From Octopus sinensis (taxonomy: Eukaryota): 64,000 nt of DNA. Of the stretch, positions 34,161 through 47,347 are shown one piece after another. The translations under genes were made by a program, and so were the position numbers. The notes below the pieces were generated by a model that was not told the DNA's origin, made no database searches, and worked only from the letters and a program-made list of their open reading frames with translations. Positions within the stretch are counted from its first letter, which is position 1. Each line of letters begins with the position of its first letter. The DNA is taken from positions 82,336,001 through 82,400,000 of the forward strand of contig NC_042997.1 in NCBI RefSeq assembly GCF_006345805.1, written 5' to 3'.

Positions 34161-36087
34161 TGTTTTATTATTACCCACTAGGGGCTACATAGATGGGACA
34201 ATACAATCGGGAAAATGAATAATGAATTATGAAGTTTGTACAATGTGGTGTAATGCCCACTCGATCCCCGAAATCGAGCGGTTACATTTCGTCATTTGTT
34301 TTTTATTCGTCAACAATATTTTCCAAATAAAACATTTTATACATTTTCAACATACATTTCAAAAGTTTTACAAAGTTCAACATTTCTTTTTTTTTTTCAG
34401 AATTTAAAGTTCTTTTTATCATTTCCAAATTAAAGTTTTCACAATACCTTTTCTTTTATATATACTCCATTATGTCTACCAAATCTGAGTAAACTTCCAT
34501 CGTTCGAGGCCACCTTGTAAGTCGGCATTTCATATGTTTTGACACGTTCTTGCCAGCTGCCTCGATGAACGCCTCGGCGTCGTTCTCGTGGACGAGTGCA
34601 CCTGTTTCTTTCCATTCGGTGCCCATGCTGACCCACGTATATCCGTTTGTTACGTTTATTAAATCTTCCATCTCCTCACAGTGCCTGTGATGGATCAACG
34701 TTCCATAGTATTTGAATTTTCTATTCGTACCTACGTTTTCTCTAGTTTTTCTCTTAGGACTTACTTCCTCTTTTTTCTCCTCCCTCGGTTTCTCTCTTTC
34801 TCTCTTTTTGCTTTCTCTTCTTTCTTTTTCCTTCTCTTGTCTTTTTGGCTCTTTGTCTGCCGTCTCTCTACCCTGTGCCTTAAGTTCCTTTCCTGTTGTT
34901 CTTTTCCTTTTTGCATACCATCTTTTCCTTTCTCTTGGTTCTGTTCCTTCTCTTGTTCTTTTCCTGCTTTTTCTCTTTCCTTTAATGTACTTTCCTTTTC
35001 TTTCTCTTGCTTCTGCCTTGGCTCCTTCTCCACTACTTCTGCACCCTGTGAATTTTGCTCCTTTTCTACTATCTTCTTCCCTTGTTTTCATTTTCCTTCA
35101 GTGCGCTGTTACTTCCCTTCTCTTGTTGTTTCTCCGTTATTTCCTTTTCCTTGTTTTCGCTGTTCTTTCCTTCGTGTTCGTTTTCCTTCTCTCCACTTTG
35201 TGTCTCTTTTTGCTCCGCTGTGAATTCATACAGCGGACATTCCTTTTTTATGTGCCCTCTTGAACCGCACAGGTAGCAATTCGGTTTTCTGCCTTCCACT
35301 ATTACACTAATTGTTTTCTCGTTTTCTATTTCTATTTGGAAGGGAAATCTTTCGATGTCTTCCATTGTGGCCATCAGCCACAACTCTACTCCGAATCCCT
35401 TCCAATTTACAACGTTCGTCTCCTTAATTGACCCTATTTCTACTTCCTCTTTTGCTGCCCCAATAATGGCTGTTACCAGCATTTCTGTTTTAATATTTGG
35501 GGGCACCTTTGGGACTCTTACCCGTACCCCTCGTCTTCCTTTATACGTCGGCCACATGGTGAAATTTTCCGCTTTCAGGACAGTGGAAGCCAATGAGGCC
35601 GCCACTTCCTTTGTTGCGCATCTCACCTCCACCGTACCATATTTCTTTCCTCTGTCTACAAAAGTCGCTTTTTTCATGATGTCCCCCAGACATTTCTCTA
35701 TTTCTTCAATCGTCACTCTCACCAGTTTTCTCGTGTTTCTATCTTGCGTTCTATACGTTATCGTCTTGTTATTTTTCTCTTCTATTGTTTCCACAGGCGG
35801 GGCCAGCTTCACGCTGTCACCCTCCCTTTTGACGAACTTCTCGTATTCCTTCAATTGTTCTTTTCTAAAGAACACTTCTTTTATTCTAAGAGACTCGTCA
35901 CTTTTTGTTGTGGCGACCCCCGCGTAAGTCTCCATGACTTGAGGGTCGACACACCTTCTATAAAAGGTTCAAACACGCAGCGGCAAACGCCTCGCGCGAT
36001 TCAATTTTTTGACAATTTTTAACAGGTTTTTTTTTCCCAATTTTCACATACAAAATAACTCACAACACACGTGGGTAGATTTCCTCG
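34161..36087 (-). mobile_element. ORF1-only non-LTR retroelement (L1/Tx1-like ORF1, no ORF2)
   Basis: ORF 35935-35069 has an RRM-like region and a CCHC knuckle (CYLCGSRGHIKKEC). It continues by frameshift through a K/E/R-rich tract into 35091-34456. About 295 nt of A-rich 3' sequence follows. ATGT is duplicated at 34157-34160 and 36088-36091. Confidence 0.75.
35069..35935 (-). CDS. LINE ORF1-like nucleic-acid-binding protein, N-terminal 288 aa (frameshifted downstream)
   Basis: ATG start, VRVRVPKVPPNI, IVEGRKPNCYLCGSRGHIKKECP. Confidence 0.6.
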   Translation of the reverse strand: METYAGVATTKSDESLRIKEVFFRKEQLKEYEKFVKREGDSVKLAPPVETIEEKNNKTITYRTQDRNTRKLVRVTIEEIEKCLGDIMKKATFVDRGKKYGTVEVRCATKEVAASLASTVLKAENFTMWPTYKGRRGVRVRVPKVPPNIKTEMLVTAIIGAAKEEVEIGSIKETNVVNWKGFGVELWLMATMEDIERFPFQIEIENEKTISVIVEGRKPNCYLCGSRGHIKKECPLYEFTAEQKETQSGEKENEHEGKNSENKEKEITEKQQEKGSNSALKENENKGRR

Positions 36088-36653
36088 ATGTGTTCAAATC
36101 TTCTTTTTTCTCTACATTGTATACTTTATAGACAATAGTCTTTTCTTTAATTTAATTTTTTATTATTCATCTGGACTATTCCATTTCTGCACGCTAATTT
36201 TATTTTTAATTTATTCCCATTCATGTGAAACCACTTATTCAAGCTCAAGTCATTGATGCAATTTTATACCAATTGCTATTTTTACTTTTGTTATGTTACA
36301 ATTATATTATACTTTAGTTTGATTTTAATTATTACTTACTACATATAATTCAATTGTTATTATTATTTTTATTGTTAAAGTGAATGTATCTGACATAAAA
36401 TAGAGAAACATTTTTGTTTCACTTTTAACACATAATACTGAAATAGTGGAGAAGATATGATATTGCTTTTGGCTCGCTCTAGGCAAGAAGTTGAACATTT
36501 TTTTTTGCCCATGAAACTACATGGACCCTAAGTAAGGCATGTGTAAAATTTGAATGAAATTGGTTGTGTAGTTCTCAAGTTTTAGGGAAACACACAGACA
36601 GACAGGCAGACACACATTCTCAGTTTTATATATATAAAGATATATATATATAT

Positions 36654-39062
36654 CATCATCATAATCATCATTATTGTTTAACGTCCGTTCTCCATGCTAG
36701 CATGGGTTGGACAGTTCAACAGGGGATCTGGGAAGCCAGAAGGCTGCACCAGGCTCCGGTCTTATCTGGCAATGTTTCTACAGCTGGATGCCCTTCCTAA
36801 CGCCAACCACTCCGTGAGTGTAGTGGGTGCTTTTTACGTGCCACCTGCACTGGTGTCAGGCGAGGCTGGCATCGGCCACGGTCGGATTGGTGCATTTTAC
36901 GTGCCACCTGCACGGAAGCCAGTCGAGGCGGCACTGGCTTCGGCCATGATTCGGATGGTGCTTTTTACGTGCCACCGACACGGAAGCCAATCGAGGCGGC
37001 GCTGGTATCGGCCACGATTCGGATAGTGCTTTTTATGTATCTCCAGTCCAGGGGTCCTGGCTTCTGCCGGGTTCCAGTCATAGGATTGGTTCAATTTCGA
37101 TTCCGATTTCACTTGCCCCAACAGGTCTTCGCAAGCAAAGGGGGGTAGGCATAGGTGCCTGTCGTCGGATGAGGTTCGATATCGACTTCGTTTGCCTCAA
37201 CAGGTCTTTGTGTGTCCAAGGGAGGAAAGGCATGCATAAGTGGGCTGGCTATTCTTACTCTAGCCGTTACACTTTCAGCACACCCACCCCCACTACTGAC
37301 TTGGTCACCAAGATAACGGAAGCTATCAACTACTTCTAGTTTTTTCCCCTGGAAAGTGACGGAAGTTGTTTTCTGCAGATTTTCAGAGGTTAATGCTCCC
37401 GAGCATCTGCCACATACAAAAACCATCTTCCCAGTTAGCCTTCCTATGACATTGCTGCACCTCTTATGTGTCCATAGCTTACACTTGGTGCATCTTATAG
37501 AGTTTCTACCTACACCTATTCTACAGATCGAGCAGGGCCATCTACCTGAAGGCGTTTGTGATTTGTCTACCTTCCTACTTATTACGACTTTGGTTTTAGC
37601 TAGATTGACTCTAAGGCCCTTCAATTCTAAACCTTGCTTCCACACCTGAAACTTCTCCTCCAGTTCTGATAGTGACTCAGCAATTAGAGCAAGGTCATCA
37701 GCATAGAGGAGCTCCCAGGGGCATCCTGTCTGGAATTCCTCCGTTATTGCCTGGAGGACTATGATAAATAGGAGGGGGATGAGGACTGAGCCTTGGTGGA
37801 CCCCTACCTCTACCCGGAATTCTTCACTGTACTCGTTGCCAACTCTCACCTTACTAGCAGCGTCCCTGTACATGGCTCGCACAGCTCTCACTAACCATTC
37901 ATCTATCCCTAGTTTCCTCATTGACCACCAGATGAGGGATCGGGGGACCTTGTCGAAGGCTTTCTCCATGTCAACAAAAGCCAGGTACAGGGGCTTATCT
38001 TTGGCTAGGTATTTCTCCTGCAGCTGCCTTACCAGGAATATAGCATCAGTGGTACTTTACCCTGGCACGAACCCAAACTGCGTTCATCTAAACTAACTCT
38101 CTCTCTAATTAGTTGGCTTATGACCCTCTCTGTAACCTTCATCACCTGATCCAACAGCTTGATACCTCTGTAATTATTTGTATCTAGAGCATCACCTCTA
38201 CCTTTGTAGCAGTTGACTATTATGCTGCTACACCAGTCATTGGGTATGACTCCTTCATGTATCACCTGATTAACTATACGGGTGACTAGGCTATAACCGA
38301 CACTACCAGATATTTTGAGCATCTCTGCAGTGATACCTGATGGGCCTGGGGCTTTCCCTGTCTTCATGCTTCTAATTGCCTTAACTACCAAGGAACTATC
38401 AACCCTGATAGCTGGTCCCTTTGTTGGGTCAACGTTCAGCAGACTCTCTTTATCTCATTCATTTTCTTTATTCAGCAACCTTTCATAGTGGTGTCTCCAA
38501 GCCTCTCTCTTTGCATCCTCATTTAGCGCAAGTGAACCATCTTCCATGCGAACACACTTCTCTCCTACCACATCACAATTCTCTCTCACTCACTGTCTTG
38601 CAACGCGAAACACCTCCAGTCTTTAGTCCTCACGGCGCAGAACATTGGCAAATTTTTTCTTATCTGCTTCCCCTCTGGCTAGATAGACCTGTCTCCTAGC
38701 TTCCCTTTTAGCAGTCTGATACAATTCCCTGCTACCACCATTCTTCCAGTGCTTCCAAGTCTGTCTCTTTTCTCTAATAGCCCTGTCTAGAACACTGTTC
38801 CACCACCACGTTACCTTGGGACGAGAGAGGACTTTGCACCATCCACAGATCTGGTCAGTGGCTCTCAGCAGGTTGTCCCTTAGAAACGTCCAGTTGCCCT
38901 CTACCCCATGTGATACTCTATCCTCTTCTACTTCGTCAAAGGCTTCAAGTAGCATGTCCCTAAATCTCTGTCCATTCGCAGGATCTTTAAGCTTCCAGAT
39001 CCTTCTTCTCCATGTTGGTCGTCTTCTGGTTGTCCTCCTAGTCCTGATCCTAAAGTCACTAA
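36654..39062 (-). mobile_element. RTE LINE, 5'-truncated, with frameshifts and an internal deletion near the RT C-terminus
   Basis: NYRGIKLL, MEKAFDKVPR, GVHQGSVL, ELLYADDLAL, and a C..C..W.H..C region. After ESVTARVRIA it jumps directly to 3' sequence; the 49-52 kb copy continues. Confidence 0.95.
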
Positions 39063-39172
<110 letters not shown>

Positions 39173-39173
39173 A

Positions 39174-41560
39174 TACTACATATGTGGAAAATCGGTATTT
39201 GTTTGTGGTGTTGTTAGCTAACTCCTCCTACATTGTTTTATTGATTTTGATGAAACTTGACACGTGGGTAGAACTCATGTCTGTAAACCTTGTAACATAC
39301 TTAAATTGTTGAGAAAATCGATAATACGGACCCTGAAAGGGACCTTTATATCTACCTCATATGACTAATTTTATTTTAAATAGAAAAAGTATTTGGTGAC
39401 TTTTACGAAGAAATTGATTGTCGCCCTTACATTTGTATCCCTTGCCACACATCTTTCATTGACATTCTGTCGGTTGTACCCCACAACAAGATGCTCTGCA
39501 AAATATTTCATACACACATGAATGCAGAATTCTGTAATTCTGTCAAATTCTTACATTACATAATCAAGTACATTACCAATGGATGAGACAGAGCTGGTTT
39601 TCAAATGAAATTTACATGATCATCAGATTTTACAAAAGATGAAGTGTTTCTTTTCGAAACTGGACACTATGTTTCCACCAATGAAGTCATATGGAAAGCC
39701 TTAGCATTCCCAATTCATGAACAATACCATCCTATGATTCATCTCAGCATTCATTTGGAAAATAGGCAGTAAATTTACTTCACAGAAGTCAACCTCATTC
39801 AAGAAGCAGCTCCCCTGCCAAAGACCATTCTCACAGCCTTCTTTCACCTACGCAAAGTTGACCCCTTTGCAAAGTCTATTATGTATGCTGAAGTGCCATA
39901 TTATTATACCTCAAATCAATCATCTTCCCAGTGGCAACGACAAAAACGAGGTTGGCCTATGCGGTTGGATCCTACTGTGTAAAGGCGACACATCTGTGGC
40001 TTTCATCTGTGGCTCTTACTTCATGTCATTAAGGGATCAACCTCCTTCAACGACCTTCGCACAGTTGACAGTGATTTACGCAGTACTTTCAAAGATGCCT
40101 GCTCCAAATAGGGACTTTGGATACAGATAATCAATATGATAATACACTCAAAGAGACCTCTCTGTGTCGTTCTCTGTACAAGCTCTGACACCTTTTTGCA
40201 ATAATGGTGGTTTTCTGTAACTTGACAGATGTATATTCACTTTGGAATAAATACAAACACTCAATGTGCCATGACATTTTGCAGCAGATTTACCAAATCA
40301 CAGGTAATGTTCACACTCCTACTACCCCTGCCATTTACAACAGAGGGCTTCTTCTCTTGGAAGACTTGGTTGTGGCTATTGGAGGTTAACAACTGGATGC
40401 TTATTATTTCAACACTCTAGACAGAAATGAAGACACCTGTCCCAATCACTTCATTCTCAAAGAAACATCCAGCATCCACAAACTCAAGTAGTACGTTGCT
40501 GACAATGAGTCCTTTCTGAATTCCAATCAAGCTAATGTATACAATTTTTGTCCTTGGAAACATCTGCACACACACCCTGGTGGAATTATCTTCTTAGACA
40601 CCCGGTGGAACTGGAAAAACATTCCTCCTGAATCTTCTCCTTGTGAAATTGTGGCATAATGGCGACCTTACTATTGCTGTTGCCACCTCAGGAATAGCCT
40701 CGACTCTTCTCGACAGTGGAAGAACAGCACATTCTACATTCAAATTGCATTTCAATGTACCACATCAAGAAAATCCAGCATGCCACATAATGCATTCCTC
40801 GGATGAAGCGACAATTTTGAAAAAGTGCAAACCTTGTTTAGGATAAAGCAACTATGCCCCATAAGTGTTCTCTACAAGCACTCGATACCACAATGTGAGA
40901 CCTTAGATAAAACAACAACATCCTTGGAGGTGTGACTCTCCTTCTTGCAGATTTTCAACAAACTCTGCCTATTATACTCATAGAGCAGTATCTATGGACC
41001 GTGCAGTTTCAGGGTAATTTTCTTGCTTTGTGCTGGGTGGGTGGGGTGGGGGAGGCTAACTCCACCTGTTCGAAAATATTAGGACACAGATCATGTGTCG
41101 GCCAGCTGGAGATGATGTCTCCTGGGGCTAAACAACAATAACATTCACTCCAAAATGGAACTGCTACATTAGGTTGGCAAAAAATCGTTACTTTAAAGTG
41201 CTGCTACTGAATATCTCTCTTTGAGAGATTTAGGAACAACAATTTCGAATGGGTGTTTGGCAGCACCATCTCAGCTGAAGAGTTATTCTCTGCCAATGAA
41301 AAGAAATGACACTGAAACTGTACAGTCCACAGATACTGCTTTGTGATGGGTGGGGGTGCTAACCTCCCCTGTTCAAAAATATAAGGACATAGGTCGTGTG
41401 TTGTATAGCTAGCTGGAGACGATGTCTCCTAGGGCTAAACAGCAGTAGCATTTGTCCCAAAATGGGACTGCCACATTAGGTTGACAAAACTCATTACTTT
41501 AAAGTGCTGCTACTGAATATCTCTTGCTGAGAGATTTTGGAACAACAATGTTTCTATTTT
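39174..41560 (+). mobile_element. Helitron RepHel relic (PIF1-like helicase region), degenerate
   Basis: Translations include HTHMNAEFCNSVKFLHYIIKYI, YVSTNEVIWKALAFPIHE, GGIIFLD..GGTGKTFLLN (Walker A, frameshifted), AVATSGIASTLLDSGRTAHSTFKL and LADFQQTLPII. Confidence 0.85.
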
Positions 41561-41599
41561 ATTAGATCAGTGACTGTGAGTTACTTAGAAAATTATATA

Positions 41600-42327
41600 T
41601 ACTAGCAGAAAGACTACCCTCTGGGCGGTTTTCTGCTGGCCCCTTGATAATATTTTCACATTTGATTCCCAATTCTAATAATTTTCGTATTTTATGACTA
41701 ATTATTTTTTTCACAGTAAGTATTGCTTTCATTACTTTTTTTGCTTAGTAAGTATTGCTTTCATTATTTTATCACAGTCATAATCTCTCTTTTTTAAACA
41801 AACATCATGGTAGTCCGGAAGTGAATAGTATTAAATTTACATCTAATACAGGATAAAATTTTCGAAAAAATTCTATCAATGGCCAGCATATTAAAAAAGT
41901 ACCTTTAAAGGTTAAATTTATAAACAAGGGCAAAAGAAAAAAATTTCAATGGCAAAAGAAAAAAATTTCAATGCCAAATATGTCAAAATAGAATTAATCG
42001 TCAATAACCATGTAATTTATCACTATAAATATAGGATAAAATTTTATCCTATATTAAATGTAAATTTAATACTATTCGCTTCCAGACTCTCTCACTCTAT
42101 GAAAATTTTCAGTCCAATCACACGTGTCTCAAGGTATGCTGTGGAATTTCTATTTTGGATATATTTGAGGTACTGAAGTGTGCTCATGACTTAGTGTTTA
42201 CTTCTTCCATGGGTACAAGTAAGTATCTCATTTATTTTCTTATCATATTTATCGCTGATGACAAGAAAATTCTAAATGAATTAACTCAGAAATTGGGACT
42301 GATCCGATAATAACGACACTTTTTAAA
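41600..42327 (+). mobile_element. Non-autonomous Helitron-like element (family B), 3' end abutting an RTE fragment
   Basis: Starts TACTAGCAGAAAG...TTTTCTGCTGG (hairpin) and ends ...CGATAATAACGACACTTTTTAAA. Confidence 0.5.
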
Positions 42328-44059
42328 GGTCTCGGTTACTAGTCATTTCTTTGGTGAGACCTAAAGTTCGAAGGTCATGCTTCACCACTTCATCCCAGGT
42401 CTTCCTGGGTCTACCTCTTTCACAGGTTCCCTCAACCGCTAGGGTGTGGCACTTTTCGACACAGCTGTCCTCATCCATTCTCACTACATGACCATACCAG
42501 AGCAGTCGTCTCTCTTGCACACCATATTTGATGCTTCTTAGGTCCAGCTTTTCTTCCAAGGTACTTGCACTCTGTCGAGTATGCACACTGACATTACACA
42601 TCCATCGGATCATACTGGCTTCATTTTTGCGAGCTTATGCATATCCTCAGCAGTCACGGCCCATGTTTCACTGCTGTGTAGCATGGCTGTTCGTACACAT
42701 GCATCATACAGTCTACCTTTTACTCTGAGCGAGAGGCCCTTTGTCACCAGCAGAGGTAAGAGCTCTCTGAACTTTGCCCAAGCTATTCTTATTCTAGCAG
42801 CTACACTTTAGGTGCACCTTCCTCTGTTACAGATTTGGTCACCTAGGTAATGGAAGCTATCAACTACTTCTAGTTTTTCTCCCTGGAATGTGGCAGAAGT
42901 TGTTCTCTGCACATTTTTAATGTTTATTGCTCCCGAGCATCTGCCACATACAAAGACTATCTTCCCAGTTAGCCTTCCTTTGATATTGCTGCACCTCTTA
43001 TGTGTCCATAGCTTACACTGGGTACATCTTATAGAGTTTCTACCTACACCTCTACTACAGATCGAACAGGGCCATCTACCTGAAGGGATTTGTGGTTTGC
43101 CTGCCTTCCTACTTATTAGGACTTTGGGTTTCCACACTTGAAACTTCTCCTCTAGTTCTGATAGTGACTCAGCAATTAGAGCAAGGTCATCAGCATAGAG
43201 GAGCTCCCAAGGGCATCCTGTCTGGAATTCCTCCATTATTGCGTGGAGGACTATGATAAACAGGAGGAGGTTGAGGACTGAACCTTGGTGGACTCCTACC
43301 TCTACCTTGAATTTTTCAGTGTGCTCGCTGCCAACCATCACCCTACTGACAGCGTCCTTGTACATGGCTTGCACAGCTCTCACTAACCATCCATCTATCC
43401 CTTGTTTCCTCATTGACCACCAGATAAGGGATCGGGACACACTGTCAAAGGCTTTCTCCACATGAACGAAAGCCAGGTACAGGGGCTTCTCTTTGGCTGG
43501 GTATTTCTCCTGCAGCTGTCTTACCAGAAATATGGCATCACTGGTGCTTTTCCCTGGCACAAACCCAAACTACATCTTATCCAAACTGACTCTCTCCCTA
43601 ATTAGTTGGGCTATGACCCTCTCCGTGACCTTCATTACCTGATCCAACTGCTTGATACCTCTGTAATTATTTGTATCTAAAGCGTCACCTTTACATTTGT
43701 AGCAGTTGACTATAGTTCTGCTACACCAGTCATTGGGTATGACTCCTTCGTGTATCACCTGGTTAACTATACGGGTGACTAGGCTATAGCCGACACTGCC
43801 AGATATTTTGAGCATTCCTGCAGTAATTCCTGATGGGCCGGGGGTTTTCCCTGTCTTCATACTTTTAATTGCTGTATCTACCAAGGTACTGTCAACTCAG
43901 ATAGCTGGTCCCCCTGTTGGGTCGACATTCAGCAGTCTCTCTTTCTCCCATTCTTTTTCTTTATTCAGCAACCTTTCATAGTGGCGTCTCCAAACCTCAC
44001 TCTTTGCAGCCTCATTTAGTGCAAGTGAACCATCATCCATGCGAACACACTTCTCTCCA
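42328..44059 (-). mobile_element. RTE LINE fragment with internal deletions
   Basis: ORF track: NYRGIKQL, EKAFDSV, GVHQGSVL, LLYADDL, GRPRKTWDEVVKHDL. Close to the 36.6 kb and 49 kb copies. Confidence 0.95.
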
Positions 44060-44129
44060 TACATATATATAAATATATATACATACATACATACATGCAT
44101 ACATATATACATATAAATATATGGGAAAG

Positions 44130-45640
44130 ACTTTATAGTATGTTGAGGGGTTACTATATAAATAATTTTTTATATATTTATTAATCTTATAAGATTTTTA
44201 GAATATATTTAATAATTAGTGGTTTTTAATCATTTAAATCATTTAATTTATTTTATATTAAGTTTCATTTATCATAGTTATTTTATTAATAAATATTATA
44301 GTATAGAGAGATTTTATTCTTTATTTGTGACTTCATTCTATTTACAATGATAAACAAATAATTTTCCCATTCACAATCATTAATAAAATGTAGGTTCCTC
44401 ACACGTAATGAATTCTTCAACAATTTATTCTTTTTTTTTTTGCTAATAACGTAATTCCACGAGTATTCTTATAAACACTGTAAAGACGTTTTCCGATTCA
44501 AAATTTTAGTTCATTGCTAAACCTTGCTAAGATAAATATGTATTTATATAAGATCTTCAAATTGTAAATTTTAATATTGTATAAGTCTTTGGAGTAATAA
44601 TATTCTCCTTATGTAAATATCATTGTATATGTAATGATCTAATTATCGGAATTTTCTATATTATTAGATATTAAATTTAAGTTTATTCGTAAGATACTAC
44701 TTAGCGATAGATGTGTTATTTGATAGCAAGCATACGAAGTGTATTAAGTTAGGCTTTTGTATATACATGTTTTAATAGTATTAATTGTAGTTTTAAATTT
44801 ATAATTAAATTAGATAAACTTTGATAAACTTAGATATGTTTCGACTAAAGATTGGTCCAGGCCATGTCCAATTTAATAGCATAACTTAGTTATTTCTTTA
44901 AATTTATATTCGCTAATTATTCCCATGGATAATTATATTTATAGTATTTATAGTATTTATTCAATACTATATTGCTACGAATTGATTATTTCTAAAAGTA
45001 TTTTACATAAGATTTCTGAAAGTTCGTTTAAGTTTGTTTATTTGTATTTTGAAATTAGCTATTTCATCTTTAAATATGAAAAATTAAATTTATTAGGTTT
45101 TTATTATATGTGCATATACATTTATATATAGAGATTATTTTAGATCTTAATTATAATATTTATATACATTTATATATTTTCATTGATAATTTATATATAT
45201 TAGTCATTTTTAAATATTTATGTAATTAGATATAGACTAATACCGATATTAGATTATGGGTGGGTTTCCTACCTTATAAATTAAAATTAATATTTAACAT
45301 TATAGTCGATTTTGATATAATCATAATTGTTAAGTTCTATGTTTCTAGTTTGATAATAGAGCTTATTATAAGTAAAATTATTATATTATTTATATCTTAA
45401 AAATATTGTTTAAATATTTCTGATTATATTTTAGATATTTCAATCACCTGAAGATTGACTATAACCATAACTCGAATTATTACGAATTGGACAGCCATGA
45501 AACGATCGTAGTGTTTTACTCATTATCTTTTATTAAACTTTTAATAATTTTGATATATATTTAAAATAATATAAATTAATTAATTTTATGTATTGGCTTA
45601 AGTTTTTCATTGTTTGATTTGCCTAATAGTGGTTTTATCT
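44130..45640 (-). mobile_element. Very AT-rich decayed segment, possibly a Penelope-like RT relic
   Basis: Only scattered, frameshifted motif-like traces in the expected order on the minus strand (PG.PIFS..ISKFI, QFEDLI, QGLAM, FINDC). Weak. Confidence 0.3.
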
Positions 45641-45662
45641 CTAATTTAATATAATATATATA

Positions 45663-45743
<81 letters not shown>

Positions 45744-45744
<1 letters not shown>

Positions 45745-47009
45745 CAGGTCATCCTATAAGTTCAGTCCGATTTTACCTTTTTTAAAATTGAATGAAATGT
45801 AATAGTATTTTAGATTGTCTAATGGAATTAAAATTATTTTTATGCATTTGTGTACATTTAAACTAATTAAATATTATTTTACAGAATAATAGAATTAAAA
45901 TTTCTTTGATTAAAACCCTTTCTAACATGGAAGTATCCAAAGAGCATTTAAAGCACATAATGCTTTATGAGTACAAAAAAGGAAACTCTGCAGCCAAAGC
46001 AACTCGAAACATGCAGTCAGTTTATGGGAAAGAATGCTTGAATGAAAGAACTTGCAGAAGATGGTTTGCAAAATTTAGAAGTGGAGATTTCAGCCTTGAA
46101 GATCGAACTGGACATCCAGTTGAATTTGATGAAAAGCTCCTTGAGGCATTACTTGAAGAAAATCCTGCATTCTCAGTTAAAGAATTAGCAATAAAACTTA
46201 GTTCAAACCATACAACTGTTCATCGTCATCTTCAACAACTTGGAAAGGTTCCTAAACTTGGAAAATGGGTGCCTCATGAATTGTCTGAAAGCAGCTGCAA
46301 ATCCCAAGTTGACATCTGCTCTTCTCTCCATTCTTGTGAACTCATTTCACCCTTTTTGGATAGACTTCTGGCTGGTGACGATAAATGAATCTTCTATCAA
46401 AATGTTAAACATCGTAAACAGTGAGTTGGTAAAAGGGAAAAAGCTCAACCACAACTGAGAAAGGAACTTCATAGAAAAAAGGTTCTTCTCTCTATCTGAT
46501 GGGATTGCAAAAGAGTGATTCACTTTGAATTGTTACCAACTAAAGCAACAATCAATGCTCAAGTCTACTGTCAGCAATTAGAGCATTTGAACCAAGCTTT
46601 GAAGAAAAGCTTGAATCAAAAAAGAGTGATGTTTCATCAGGACAATGTGCAACCCCACACTGCAAAAATCACATCACAGATCGAAGAGCTTGGTTGGGAA
46701 AAAATTCCTTATCTACCTTATTCTCCCGACCTTGCTCCTTCAGACTACTATTTGTTTCGTAGTTTACAGAATCATTTGGGGGACATAACTTTTGCAAACC
46801 AGGAAGAAGTCAAAACTGACATTTCAGAGTTCTTTGCTTTGAAACCAAAAGAGTTTTACATTGATGGGATTAAAAAGCTTGTAAATAGATGGAAGGAAGT
46901 CATAGATAATCGAGGAAAGTACATATATGATTAAATTTCAATTAAATATAACATTTGATCACTTGTTTTCTTTATTCAAACTTCGGACAGAACTTATGGG
47001 GTGACCTGA
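45744..47009 (+). mobile_element. Full-length mariner (DD34D) element, inactivated
   Basis: 27-bp TIRs TCAGGTCATCCTATAAGTTCAGTCCGA (3 mismatches) with TA flanks. The transposase runs from ATG 45927 (MEVSKEHLKHIMLYEYKKG) through WVPHEL, AGDDK*, HQDNVQPH and YSPDLAPSDYYLF to 46934, with stops and frameshifts. Confidence 0.95.
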
Positions 47010-47347
47010 TATATTGGTTGCTCTTAACAGCAACCACCTCAAAATAATCCACAAAGCTCTTGTCTTCTGAAGCCTTAATTCAACCACCAGATACATAGAA
47101 AGTGAGTGCCACTCATTAAAAGAATAGTTTGTTTTCACACATTTAATGCATGATTATTTTGTCTACTCAAAATAGCAGCCACATAGATAATATTGAACAA
47201 AATAATTTCTGATATGCAAATCAACTGAACTAACTGGAAATCCTTTTATCATAGATTTTTTTAAAAATTATTTTCTAGGACAAAATAATTTTCTCTGACC
47301 CATTTCCCAAGGACTTGGATAAGCAAAGCTTAGCCTAATTATTAGTC

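Larger units (their letters stand above)
33666..36641 (+). mobile_element. Helitron-like family A copy 3, split by a 1.9-kb LINE-like insertion
   Basis: 33666-34160 and 36088-36641 are collinear with copy 1. Confidence 0.75.

Noticed and set aside
34681-35263. F/L/S-rich 'membrane protein' ORFs on +
   Set aside because: Antisense of the K/E/R-rich purine tract of the LINE ORF1.
44130-45640. Mitochondrial insertion (NUMT)
   Set aside because: AT-rich, but no recognisable mitochondrial protein, rRNA or tRNA motif was found by eye in either direction.
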